Of a DNA stretch of 29,451 bases, positions 8,336-18,023 are shown one piece after another (position 1 is the first letter of the stretch; every line of letters starts with the position of its first letter). The stretch is taken from the NCBI GenBank assembly GCA_938091905.1, contig CALKOM010000190.1:1-29451 (forward strand), read 5' to 3'. The notes under the pieces were generated by a model. That model searched no databases. It worked only from the letters and a program-made list of their open reading frames with translations, and was not told where the DNA came from. A program made the translations under genes and the position numbers. The DNA comes from an uncultured Verrucomicrobiales bacterium (lineage in GTDB: Bacteria > Verrucomicrobiota > Verrucomicrobiia > Verrucomicrobiales > DEV007).

Positions 8336-8812
8336 ATGGATAAAGATCGCGTAGCTCCAGCCTTGGGGCAGATCACCAGTGGACTCTTCATCGCAACGGC
8401 AACAGTGGATGAGGAACCGATCGGTATGCTTTGCAGTTTCGTCGAACAGGCGAGCTTTCACCCTCCCATGGTTACGATGGCTCTGACGCCAGATCGGCGA
8501 CTCGTCGAGGCCTTTACTTTTGGCGATTGCAAACAAGTAGGCCTAAATATCCTGAGCACGAACAATCAGAATTTGATTGGACCATTCGCGAATCCAAACA
8601 ATGAGGATCCCTTTGAAGATGTCCTACTCGTTGAAAATTCCCATCGATTGCCGCAGCTAGAAAGAGCTCTCGCGTTTCTCGTCTGCGAGTATCGCCAAGA
8701 AATGATTGCCGGCGACCATCACGTCTACCTCTTCGAAGTCCTGGACGGAGAACTTATCGACGCCGATGCGGAGCCTATCATGCGTGTAAGGCGCAATGGC
8801 TTCACCTACTAG
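8336..8812 (+). CDS. Flavin reductase-like FMN-binding split-barrel protein
   Basis: ALGQITSGLFIAT, SFVEQASFHPP and AGDHHVY motifs; C-terminal R+NG..Y resembles the flavin-reductase domain of flavodiiron proteins. Confidence 0.88.
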   Translation: MDKDRVAPALGQITSGLFIATATVDEEPIGMLCSFVEQASFHPPMVTMALTPDRRLVEAFTFGDCKQVGLNILSTNNQNLIGPFANPNNEDPFEDVLLVENSHRLPQLERALAFLVCEYRQEMIAGDHHVYLFEVLDGELIDADAEPIMRVRRNGFTY

Positions 8813-8828
8813 TCTATCGATCCGAGAC

Positions 8829-9059
8829 ATGACTCTCCCACTCTCTCCCCAGGTCCTTGCCCAGCTTCGGTGTCCGAAGACCCACCAAGCTCTGCGCCTC
8901 GCCTCCCACGATGAGGTACGCCTTTGGCAATCCATCGAGACAGAGACGAAGACGACACAGTTTCTAGTAACAGAAGATGGGGCGATCGCCTATCCCGTAG
9001 AGGATGGTTACCCAATCTTGCTCTTGGATCGCGCCCTGAAAAATGCAGATGGGCATTGA
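8829..9059 (+). CDS. Trm112-like (UPF0434) protein
   Basis: LRCPKTHQAL ... AYPVEDGYPILL; ATG at 8829 avoids overlap with the upstream gene. Confidence 0.8.
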   Translation: MTLPLSPQVLAQLRCPKTHQALRLASHDEVRLWQSIETETKTTQFLVTEDGAIAYPVEDGYPILLLDRALKNADGH

Positions 9060-9097
9060 TTTGACCATTACTGGATTTGTAAGGTAGAGCTTCTGCC

Positions 9098-11356
9098 ATG
9101 AGAGCTCTCTTGTTGTTTCTCCTTTGCCTGACATGCCTGGCTCACGCAGATCAATTACTCGTGGAGGCAGAGAGCTTCAACAACCATGGAGGCTGGAAAT
9201 TGGACACCCAGTTCATCGATGAGATGGGATCGCCCTACCTTTTGGCTCACGGATTGGGCACACCGGTAGCGGATGCAACGAAGGCTGTCACCTTTCCCGC
9301 GCCTGGTGAGTATCACGTCTTCGTTAGAACCAAGGATTGGGTCGCCCGCTGGGATGCCGAAGGTCAGCCCGGAAAGTTCCAGGTCCTCATCAATGGAACC
9401 GCACTGGAAGAGACCTTTGGCACGGTGGGAAAAGAATGGTTCTGGCATCGGGGAGGCACGGTCACGATCAAGAACACCAAAGCCACCCTATCATTACACG
9501 ATTTAACGGGCTTCGATGGCCGCTGCGACGCATTATATTTTAGCACCGAGGATAGGATTCCGCCAACGGACAAGCAAGCCCTTGGCTCATGGCGCAAATC
9601 CGCGCTGAACCTCGCAGACAGTCCGGTCATTACGGAGCCCTACGATCTTGTCGTGGTCGGTGGGGGTTACTCTGGAATGGGGAGCGCCCTCTCGGCTGCG
9701 CGTGCGGGTTGTCGTGTCGCGTTAGTACAGAATCGACCCGTTCTTGGTGGCAACGGAAGTAGCGAGATCCGCGTTTGGGCTATGGGTAATATCAGGCGCG
9801 GGAAGTTTCCTCGGGTTGGAGAAATCATCGAGGAGTTTGCTGACAAAGCCACTAAGTCACCCGGTCGCTATGGGGAGTTTGGCGACGCAAAGAAAGAAGC
9901 CCTCGTGCGAGCAGAGAAGAACATCGATCTGTTTCTCAACCACCATGCCCATCGTGTACACATGGACGGCGAGCGAATTGCCTCTATCGAAGCATTTGAC
10001 ACCCGCACAAGTGAAGAGCGCCGCTTTAAGGGGCGCTGGTTCGTCGATTGCACGGGGCACGGAACCATCGGCACCTTAGCCGGGGCCGATACCGTCATGG
10101 AAGAGAAAGGGCGCATGGGCATGAGTAACATGTGGCGCTGGGACAATGCAGCTGAAACTACGGACTTTCCCCAAACGCCTTGGGCTCTAGATCTCGAAAT
10201 GGAAGACTTCCCCTACCCCAAAGAGTTTCATGGACAATGGTTTTGGGAAAGCGGCTTCGATAAAGATCCACTAAACGATGCTGAAGGAATCCGGGATTGG
10301 AACTTGCGGGCCGTCTTTGGTGCATTCAATGCGATGAAAAATCGCACTGGGGCCGAGAAACACGAGAAAGCTATCCTCACCTGGATCGCATACATTGGTG
10401 GACCACGTGAATCACGACGTTTGTTAGGCGATGTCATCCTGGAGCAGGAAGATGTCATTTCAAAAAGGGATTTCCCCGATGGCTGCGTCCCTAGCACTTG
10501 GTCAATCGATCTTCACTATCCCAAGAAACAGTATTCAAAGAAATTCCCCGATAATCCATTCATATCCATCGCGGTCCACGATCGACGGGTTGATCGTAGC
10601 TACGGATACCCAGTACCTTATCGCTGCTTTTACTCTCGCAATATTCCCAACCTCTTCATGGGAGGTCGCTGTATCAGCGTTTCGCATGAGGCGCTCGGAA
10701 CCGTTCGCGTTATGAAAACCTGTGGCATGATGGGCGAAGTGGTAGGGAAAGCCGCAGCGCTGTGTGCCAAGCACGCCTGTGATCCCCGCGATGTCTATAA
10801 TCGCTACCTGGCCGAACTTCTGCAAATGCTTCAACTGCCTGGCAAAGCGCATCGCGACACCGTGAATGACACGTTTACGATTCCTGAAGATGCGCTCGAA
10901 GAAGCAAGCCCACATGGTCCTATGAGAGGGCTGGACCCCAAGAAACTCGGCGGCATCGTCATTGATGACCGCGATGCCAAGATCGAAGGCAAATGGACGA
11001 AAGGCGAAGGCCTCAAGCCATTCGTTGGCTTTACCTACCGTTACGCGAGTGCCGACTCCGGGGCATCCATGCACTTCTCGCACGAGGTCGTAGATCCAGG
11101 TAAGTTTGATGTCCGCATCGCCTATCAACCTCACAAGAACCGGGGTACTCGAGTTCCGATCCAGGTGATCGGCTCAAACGGCTTTCGAATCGAGACGACT
11201 GTGGACATGACCAAGGCGGCTCCACTACCTAACGGGTTTCTATCGATCGGTGCCATCGAGACAGTCAAGGGCTCTCTCAGCGTGATCATTGGAACAGCAA
11301 AGGCTGGTGGGACCGTTCATGCCGATGCCGTGCAGTTCATTCCCGTCGCTCCTTGA
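9098..11356 (+). CDS. Exported FAD-dependent oxidoreductase (FAD_oxidored family) with N- and C-terminal carbohydrate-binding-like beta-sandwich domains
   Basis: Sec-type signal; Rossmann motif VVVGGGYSG, LGGNGSSE, DCTGHG, RESRRL.GD, PYRC.YSRN..NL..GRCIS, RVM.TC; C-terminal IVIDD...ADAVQF domain of golvesin/xanthan-lyase type. Confidence 0.88.
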   Translation: MRALLLFLLCLTCLAHADQLLVEAESFNNHGGWKLDTQFIDEMGSPYLLAHGLGTPVADATKAVTFPAPGEYHVFVRTKDWVARWDAEGQPGKFQVLINGTALEETFGTVGKEWFWHRGGTVTIKNTKATLSLHDLTGFDGRCDALYFSTEDRIPPTDKQALGSWRKSALNLADSPVITEPYDLVVVGGGYSGMGSALSAARAGCRVALVQNRPVLGGNGSSEIRVWAMGNIRRGKFPRVGEIIEEFADKATKSPGRYGEFGDAKKEALVRAEKNIDLFLNHHAHRVHMDGERIASIEAFDTRTSEERRFKGRWFVDCTGHGTIGTLAGADTVMEEKGRMGMSNMWRWDNAAETTDFPQTPWALDLEMEDFPYPKEFHGQWFWESGFDKDPLNDAEGIRDWNLRAVFGAFNAMKNRTGAEKHEKAILTWIAYIGGPRESRRLLGDVILEQEDVISKRDFPDGCVPSTWSIDLHYPKKQYSKKFPDNPFISIAVHDRRVDRSYGYPVPYRCFYSRNIPNLFMGGRCISVSHEALGTVRVMKTCGMMGEVVGKAAALCAKHACDPRDVYNRYLAELLQMLQLPGKAHRDTVNDTFTIPEDALEEASPHGPMRGLDPKKLGGIVIDDRDAKIEGKWTKGEGLKPFVGFTYRYASADSGASMHFSHEVVDPGKFDVRIAYQPHKNRGTRVPIQVIGSNGFRIETTVDMTKAAPLPNGFLSIGAIETVKGSLSVIIGTAKAGGTVHADAVQFIPVAP

Positions 11357-13035
11357 AACAGAGGATACGGTGGAGGTCATGGGGCCTGGCGGGCTTTCGC
11401 GCTCTCCTACTGATAGCGATCTTCGCCTGCTTCCACCGCGCGGCCTCTCGAAGCTGGAGTGTCGTCAACCCAACCGACAAACTGCTCACCTTGGCCCAGG
11501 TGCTACCGTATTTCCCATCGGCGACATCTATCTCTCAGGATAGCAGTAGCCTTTGGCAGAAGGTGCTCGATCACAACGACGACACCCTCGGTACTGTCAT
11601 TCAAACCTCGCCAGAGAGTGATTCCATCATCGGGTTCTCAGGCTCTAGCAATACCCTAGTTGCTTTTGACAAAGAAGGCACGGTGATGAACCTGGTCATC
11701 CTCACGAGCGGCGACACGGATGACCACGTGGATCAAGTACGCGAGAACGCCCGTTTTATGGGCGCAATCACCGGTAAATCCTGGGGGGACCTTGCCCAGA
11801 TATCAGGAATCGAGGGTGTCTCCGGTGCGACCTTAACAAGTCAGGCTGTTCTCGAGAGCATCATTCACCGGACAGGAGGCTCGACCCCAAGCCTGCGCTT
11901 TCCTACCAGCATCACGCTATCGGAAGCGCAAGATTTCTTTCCTCAAGCTGCCACATTGGAGACCGAAAGCCGCGCCTTTCTCGCCGTTAAGGATTCCATA
12001 GGAACAACGCTTGGCTACGTTGCACGAAGTTCGCCCCACAGCGATTCATTCATCGGCTACCAAGGCCCCACAGATACATTGGTTGTCTTCGATCTTAACA
12101 AGCACGTCATCGGTATCCGGCCTCGTAAAAGTTTCGACACTAAGAACTACTTGAAGAGTATTGAGATCGATGACTACTTTCTCAAGAGCTTCAATGGGCA
12201 AACGTTAGAGACACTCGCAACTCTCGATCTGTTAGAAGCTGGAATAGAAGGAGTATCGGGAGCGACAATGACCAGTATGACGATGGCAGATGGCGTCCTG
12301 GCCATGGCGAAGCACCTGAGGCAAGAACCTACAGTTTCAGAGGTCTCTTGGTGGCGCAAGGTCTCGCCGCATCAGTATGGGACCATTGTCATCACGCTCT
12401 TCGGCGTCGTGATGGCTGTGTCGCGCCTACGCGGTGTGCGTTGGGTGCGGGTGACATTCCAAGCACTGCTTATTGGTTACCTCGGCTTCCACAATGGACA
12501 CCTGATTTCGCAAGCGCTACTCGCGGGCTGGGCCTCACACGGCCTTCCTTGGCGTCTCGCACCTGGCTTGGTGTTTCTGACCATAGCCGCCTTTGTGGTG
12601 CCGCTGGTCTCGGGTAAGCAAGTATACTGTCACCAGCTATGCCCCCATGGAGCTGCACAGCAGTGGCTAAAGGGGCGCTCACGTTGGAAATGGCAAATCT
12701 CCCCCGCGCTCGACCGCGCCTTGCGTGGTATCCCGATCCTACTCATTGCCATCACCGTCATTGCCACGATCCGAGCCTGGCCCGTGAATCTCGCTGACAT
12801 AGAAGCCTTCGATGCCTACCTTTACCCCATTGTCGGATTCTCTGCCCTCCTCATTGCCATTGTTGGACTAGCGATCTCTACAACCGTGCCCATGGCTTAC
12901 TGCCGCTACGGTTGCCCGACCGGAGCCCTTCTCAACTTCGTACGCAGACGAGGCACCCACGACAGATTCCACCGCCGGGATGTGATCGCCCTGGGCCTTC
13001 TCGCAACGGCGTTCTTCCTTACTTCACTTTCATGA
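11353..13035 (+). CDS. NosR/NirI/NapH-like membrane protein with two FMN-binding domains and 4Fe-4S-binding (Fer4_5-type) motifs
   Basis: Two flavinylation-type motifs EGVSGATLTS and EGVSGATMTS in duplicated domains (IIGFSG.SNTLV.FD / FIGYQGPTDTLV.FD); multi-TM C-terminal half with YCHQLCPHG and YCRYGCPTG; TTGA overlap with the upstream stop. Confidence 0.88.
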   Translation: MKQRIRWRSWGLAGFRALLLIAIFACFHRAASRSWSVVNPTDKLLTLAQVLPYFPSATSISQDSSSLWQKVLDHNDDTLGTVIQTSPESDSIIGFSGSSNTLVAFDKEGTVMNLVILTSGDTDDHVDQVRENARFMGAITGKSWGDLAQISGIEGVSGATLTSQAVLESIIHRTGGSTPSLRFPTSITLSEAQDFFPQAATLETESRAFLAVKDSIGTTLGYVARSSPHSDSFIGYQGPTDTLVVFDLNKHVIGIRPRKSFDTKNYLKSIEIDDYFLKSFNGQTLETLATLDLLEAGIEGVSGATMTSMTMADGVLAMAKHLRQEPTVSEVSWWRKVSPHQYGTIVITLFGVVMAVSRLRGVRWVRVTFQALLIGYLGFHNGHLISQALLAGWASHGLPWRLAPGLVFLTIAAFVVPLVSGKQVYCHQLCPHGAAQQWLKGRSRWKWQISPALDRALRGIPILLIAITVIATIRAWPVNLADIEAFDAYLYPIVGFSALLIAIVGLAISTTVPMAYCRYGCPTGALLNFVRRRGTHDRFHRRDVIALGLLATAFFLTSLS

Positions 13036-15937
13036 CACCACGCATGAGCAAATGGTGTCCTGGAAACGTACAAACAAACTCGTAGTCGCCAGCATTGCTT
13101 GGGGCCGTGAACTGCAACAGCTCTTCGCCTTGATGGTCTAGTAGCTTGCTCGACGCCAAAACTTTATCGTTCTCAGGAACCCACTCCTTGTCAAACCCTT
13201 CAGCGCCTAACAAGATTGCGGCACTGCCGACCTCATCCGCTGCGCCCGGCTGCACCACCACGATGTTGTGCGGCATGAAATCCGGATTCGCGAACGTCAG
13301 TTTAACTTGCTTGCCGGCTTTGACTGTAAACTCCTTCACATCAAATTGCAGCTTCTCGACCACCGTCCCGATACGCACTTCGATATAGTCACCTGTTTCA
13401 GAAAGGACTCCTGATTTCTTCAGAACTGCCCCCTCCTCCTCGGGCAAGGCGGCGCTACCCTGCGCTGGATCCGCCGCATACCAGTGATGCTGAACTGTCG
13501 AGGCAGCGACCTGAGCATGCGGCTCAGGTGAACCAAGTACAGCCGTGAGCAGACCTGTATTTCTAACATTATGTTGCTGATGCAACCATAGAGCCTCAAG
13601 TAAATGATGTGCGTCTTCTTTCTTCTTTGGATCGAAAGCTTTCATCCAAGTAGCACAAGCAGCAATCACCTCTTTAGAATCTCGTCCACTCAGTTCAAGG
13701 CGCGCGCGCTGGCGGACACCGTCGATAGGATGCTCAAGAACCTTCAGCAAGGCCGGAATGGACTCCCCCGCAATGGCCACATCCTCCTGAAGAGGGCGTC
13801 CCTTCGCCGTAATACGGTAGACACGACCGTGCCTGTGGTCACGATTGGGGTCACGCACGTTGTGCTGCATGTGTCCAATGATCACGTTGTGCCAATCAGC
13901 AACGTAAAGACCACCGTCAGCCCCGAAGACAGCATCGGAAGGGCGAAAATTCTTGTCTTCACTGACTAACAAATCCGCCTTCGGAGTTCCCCACACTTCT
14001 CCAACCTTATGTTCAATCGTCACCGTCTCTTTGCTGCGCTTCTCCGTTCGCGTATGTCCGCCATCGCGATCGAGGCTATACTGCTTGATGCCCAGGTAAC
14101 CAATGGTGTTGCATATAAGATAATCTCCCTGCATGTCATCGGGAAAGTTCGCACTCGAAACAACTTCATTTGCAGGCACCGGTCGAACTTCCTTTTCCAG
14201 TAACTTGTGCATCTTGAAGCCATTTCCCTCTGGTCGCACCTGATAGGTACGCCCACCAGTCCCGTCATTTGCATAGTGATAGCCCCACCGATCAAAGCTG
14301 ATCCCATGGGGGTTCGGACTGTTTCCAGCATGGAAAGCAATCGTGTAGCGCCGCGGATCAAATCGATACATGGCAGAGGCACCTGTACTGACAGAAGGTC
14401 CCCAAGGGTGCTCCATGTTGTTGTGGAGAAAGATGCCACTCTGCCAATAGATACCGCCATCAGGCCCGTAGATCAGATTGTTCGCTGCGTGGTGGGTGTC
14501 CGCTGAGCCAATTCCCTGTAAGAGAACCTTTCGCACATCGGCAACATCATCACCATCGGTATCCTTGAAAAAGATTAAGTTCGGCTGTGAAGCCACAATG
14601 ACACCACCATTCCAGAATTCGAATCCTAACGGATTGTGGACCTCGCAGAAAGTGATGGCTTTGTCGGCCCTTCCATCACGATCTTCGTCTGGTAAAATGA
14701 GGAGTCTATCATTCATCTTTTTAAGTGGCTCCCACTTTGGATAGGTCGGCCAAGCAGCCACCCAGAGACGTCCCTTTACATCGACTTGCATCTGAACCGG
14801 ATTGACGAGTTCAGGAAATTGCTTCTCATCGGCAAAGAGACCAACCTCAAAAGGCTCGCTCACCTTGAGCGACTTAACTCCCTCTTCGCCACTTTGATAC
14901 CTAAGGTCGCCCTCCTTCTGCGCATTCGAACTTCGGCTTCCACCACCCACATTGGAAATCACCGGCACAGGTTTGGGCACATTGCTATCGTCGATCTGAA
15001 GATCTCCACCCTGCGCACGCGCCCAAATGCGGCGGTCGCGGTTGTCCGTCATCACATCGATCATGGCAAGCTCGTGCATGAGCACTTCGCGATTCGTCTG
15101 GTCATCGACAAACTTCAACGTGGAGCGGCCACCCCAGACGTCATTACCATCAGTGGCCCGATAGCGATTGAACCAATGCCAGTCCTTGTCTTTCACAGCC
15201 TCCCGCAGGGCATCACTGGGACTGGATTCTGCAGTAGCTTTGCCTAACAACCCTTCTGTGATGGCTTGTGCGAGGTAACGATCACCCTGTTCGTTCAAGT
15301 GAATGCCATTGATCGTCAATGGAGCATCGTGAGTATCATACAGCTTCTTCGTTGGTTCAAAGATGTCCATAAATGTGACCTTCTTTTCCCCGGCCACTTC
15401 TTGAATCGCCTTGCTATAGACAGCCAGCCTCACATTGTTCGCACTTCCATCCGGAAGATCTGGATCGTCCAGATCTTCATGGGCAATCGGCGAGAAGAGC
15501 ACGAAACGAGGCTCCGTCTCACCGTTTGGCTTGAGGCCACGGTAGCTCTCGATCATGTCGCTGAGCTTTTTCTTAAAGTCAGAGACCCCATCCTGACCTG
15601 CAAACGATTCGTTGTATCCAAAGAAGACGAAGATGACGTCCGCAGCGACGTGCTTCAGATAGTCCTCCGCCGCCATGAATCCTTTGTTTCGGGGGCGCTT
15701 GTCAACGGTGTCCCCAGGAAAGGCTAAGTTTCGGATGACAAGCTCATGCTTGGGAAGAGCTGTCTGCAGAAAGGTCTCCAGCCAGCTATCGTATTGGAGC
15801 CTCCCCGCCGTGGCATTGCCGATGATGGCAACTCGATCTCCCTGTTCAAATTTGAATTCAGCTTGGATCGCTGGTGTGAACGCGAGGGCAATAGAAGCGG
15901 CCGCAAACTGGATGAATCGACGAGAAGACTTAAGCAT
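13019..15937 (-). CDS. PVC-type putative membrane-bound dehydrogenase (TIGR02604-like propeller) with N-terminal SGNH-like domain, HEAT-like helices and C-terminal azurin/auracyanin-like cupredoxin
   Basis: Signal peptide; LFADE..FPEL.NP, DEDRDGRAD, DTDGDDVAD, DTHH, DWHN.IIGH.Q and RD..HGR.YR motifs; type-1 Cu ligands MPHN ... CTFPGHHLLM. Confidence 0.88.
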   Translation of the reverse strand: MLKSSRRFIQFAAASIALAFTPAIQAEFKFEQGDRVAIIGNATAGRLQYDSWLETFLQTALPKHELVIRNLAFPGDTVDKRPRNKGFMAAEDYLKHVAADVIFVFFGYNESFAGQDGVSDFKKKLSDMIESYRGLKPNGETEPRFVLFSPIAHEDLDDPDLPDGSANNVRLAVYSKAIQEVAGEKKVTFMDIFEPTKKLYDTHDAPLTINGIHLNEQGDRYLAQAITEGLLGKATAESSPSDALREAVKDKDWHWFNRYRATDGNDVWGGRSTLKFVDDQTNREVLMHELAMIDVMTDNRDRRIWARAQGGDLQIDDSNVPKPVPVISNVGGGSRSSNAQKEGDLRYQSGEEGVKSLKVSEPFEVGLFADEKQFPELVNPVQMQVDVKGRLWVAAWPTYPKWEPLKKMNDRLLILPDEDRDGRADKAITFCEVHNPLGFEFWNGGVIVASQPNLIFFKDTDGDDVADVRKVLLQGIGSADTHHAANNLIYGPDGGIYWQSGIFLHNNMEHPWGPSVSTGASAMYRFDPRRYTIAFHAGNSPNPHGISFDRWGYHYANDGTGGRTYQVRPEGNGFKMHKLLEKEVRPVPANEVVSSANFPDDMQGDYLICNTIGYLGIKQYSLDRDGGHTRTEKRSKETVTIEHKVGEVWGTPKADLLVSEDKNFRPSDAVFGADGGLYVADWHNVIIGHMQHNVRDPNRDHRHGRVYRITAKGRPLQEDVAIAGESIPALLKVLEHPIDGVRQRARLELSGRDSKEVIAACATWMKAFDPKKKEDAHHLLEALWLHQQHNVRNTGLLTAVLGSPEPHAQVAASTVQHHWYAADPAQGSAALPEEEGAVLKKSGVLSETGDYIEVRIGTVVEKLQFDVKEFTVKAGKQVKLTFANPDFMPHNIVVVQPGAADEVGSAAILLGAEGFDKEWVPENDKVLASSKLLDHQGEELLQFTAPSNAGDYEFVCTFPGHHLLMRGVMKVK

Positions 15938-16058
15938 AGATAAAGGGTTTCACCGTGGAACCCCGCGCAGGTCGAGAGTCTCGGCCAGAAGAGGGGGCTC
16001 TTTGATCTGAGCGGGCTTGATTGATCTGGGGTTCGTGTGCCACGCTTTCCAAAGGTTC

Positions 16059-17573
16059 ATGAAGCTCTTCCTCATCCTGCTTGCCGTCGTCACTTTATTC
16101 GAAGTCCAGTCCGAAACGTCATGGAACCAGTTTCGCGGGCCCAGTGGCTCGGGAGTCTTCGTCAAAGGGCAACCACCTTTGAGGATGGATCCTTCCCTGG
16201 CTGCCTGGAGAGCGCCGTTAGCTCCCGGTCAGTCCTCCCCTGTAATCCAAGGCGATCTTCTTGTAATCACGGCCCTTGAGGACGGAAAGCAGCTTGTGAC
16301 GCTAGCCTTCGACAAGGTTTCCGGAAAGCAACGATGGCGGAAGCCTGCCCCAGAGTGTGCCCTGGAAAAAGTGCATGAAGCCGGCAGCCCGGCAGCATCC
16401 ACTCCATACGTGGACATGAATCGGGTCTACGTCTATTTCGGTTCGTTTGGGTTGTTATGCTACGATCACGGCGGAAACGAGATTTGGAAAAAGTCTATAC
16501 CAACACCCAAGAGCCTGTATGGGATGTCGACGTCACCAATTGTCCATGAAAACAAGCTTATCATGGTCTTGGACAACGACGCGAATCTCCCAGACAGCGA
16601 CGTTAGCCAATCTCGCATCATCGCACTCGACAAGACAAACGGAGAGCTGATCTGGGAGACACCGCGCCCCTTTAACCGCAGTGGTTGGTCAACTCCAACA
16701 GTCCTTCGTCATCGAGGCGGCCCTGACGAATTAGTCGTTCTTGGCCACGGACGCGTCTACGGCTACGACGCAGATACAGGTGTAGAGAAGTGGTTCGTGA
16801 ACGGATTCTCTCGTGAAACGATTGCCCGTCCCGTTACCGGAAATGGCATGGTCTTTGTATCGGCATCGATGCTCGGAGGCGTCGCTGACGAAGATCCGGA
16901 TCGCGAGCCTTTCTGGAAAGCGTTGTTGCCATTTGATACGAACAATAATGGGAAAATCGAGCGCCACGAGATGACGCGCGACTTCACGTTTCCGCTTCGT
17001 CCAGACTTGCCTATTGGCCATCCAGGATTTGGCATTCCCCTCCCCCAAGACCAAGCGAAACGGACAAAGCGTCAGGATGGCTTTCTCAAATGGGTCGACA
17101 AGAACAAAGACGGCGCTTGGACTAAGGAGGAACTACTGAATCACCTCTCGTTCAACCGGGGAAAGCCCAACCTCATGGCCATTCGACCAGGCGGCAGCGG
17201 GGACGTTTCCGAGAGCCATGTCAGCTGGGCACTTCATCGAAACATTCCAGAGATCCCGTCACCAATCTTTTACCAAGACCGTATCTACATGGTACGCAAT
17301 GGAGGGATTCTCACCTGCGTGAACGCCCTCTCCGGAGAAACCCTCTACAAAAAGCGGTTAGGGGCGACCGGACAATATGGTGCTTCACCCATTATCTCTG
17401 GTGGTCATCTCTACTTGGTATCAAACGAAGGAGTGTTCACCCTAGTTCCAGTGGGCGATAAATTTGATATAGCATACCAGCACGACCTTAAGACAAGCAT
17501 CACCGCCACTCCGGCCATTGATGCAAATAGCATTTATGTGAGAACCTCAGCTGGACTAACAGCCTATCGTTAA
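16059..17573 (+). CDS. PQQ-binding-like (BamB-type) beta-propeller protein with an EF-hand insertion
   Basis: Signal MKLFLILLAVVTLF (ATG 16059 preferred); WNQFRGPSGSG, repeated SSP/STP and D..TG...W blade motifs; EF-hand loops DTNNNGKIERHE and DKNKDGAWTKEE. Confidence 0.85.
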   Translation: MKLFLILLAVVTLFEVQSETSWNQFRGPSGSGVFVKGQPPLRMDPSLAAWRAPLAPGQSSPVIQGDLLVITALEDGKQLVTLAFDKVSGKQRWRKPAPECALEKVHEAGSPAASTPYVDMNRVYVYFGSFGLLCYDHGGNEIWKKSIPTPKSLYGMSTSPIVHENKLIMVLDNDANLPDSDVSQSRIIALDKTNGELIWETPRPFNRSGWSTPTVLRHRGGPDELVVLGHGRVYGYDADTGVEKWFVNGFSRETIARPVTGNGMVFVSASMLGGVADEDPDREPFWKALLPFDTNNNGKIERHEMTRDFTFPLRPDLPIGHPGFGIPLPQDQAKRTKRQDGFLKWVDKNKDGAWTKEELLNHLSFNRGKPNLMAIRPGGSGDVSESHVSWALHRNIPEIPSPIFYQDRIYMVRNGGILTCVNALSGETLYKKRLGATGQYGASPIISGGHLYLVSNEGVFTLVPVGDKFDIAYQHDLKTSITATPAIDANSIYVRTSAGLTAYR

Positions 17574-17591
17574 CGAAGAGCCCAAGTTTAC

Positions 17592-17963
17592 CTAACCCTG
17601 AACCTGCACCGTCGGCGTCACACGCTTTGGATCCCGGTGATGGCGACGTGGCACACCGTTCTGATCATATCGATCACGTGAGAACGAACGAATCATGCAG
17701 ATCCCGTTCAGGATCGACATTCCTAGATAGATGTATCCAAATGAAGTCTGCTTGATCACGTTGAAGCAATAGAAGGCCAGGACACCGAACATAAAAATCC
17801 CGACCGCATAGATAACGCGCCGAAGCAGTTCCCATCTGTTGGCGTAGCCGTCCCCGAGAGACTGGCCAAGGCGCTTCCTCAGATAGCCAGCAATGAGGCC
17901 AAACATGATCCCGAAAGGGATGCTGATAGAAAGGGCGCGGAGTAGGTGATCGAAATGTGGCAT
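17592..17963 (-). CDS. Hypothetical membrane protein (3 TM helices)
   Basis: 123-aa ORF filling the intergenic gap, three hydrophobic segments, AT-rich upstream region. Confidence 0.6.
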   Translation of the reverse strand: MPHFDHLLRALSISIPFGIMFGLIAGYLRKRLGQSLGDGYANRWELLRRVIYAVGIFMFGVLAFYCFNVIKQTSFGYIYLGMSILNGICMIRSFSRDRYDQNGVPRRHHRDPKRVTPTVQVQG

Positions 17964-18023
17964 TTGAAAAGTCTTATTATTACGGAAATTACAATCTAGA
18001 AATTTTCCAACGCAACTTAGTAG

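Noticed and set aside
11353..13035. Calling this gene nosR (denitrification)
   Set aside because: No nosZ/D/F/Y/L in the window, and the C-terminal ferredoxin-type CxxCxxC motifs of NosR are missing.
16059..17573. Calling this gene bamB or a PQQ dehydrogenase
   Set aside because: No lipobox or bam context; it fits the expanded PVC propeller family, and PQQ binding is unsupported.
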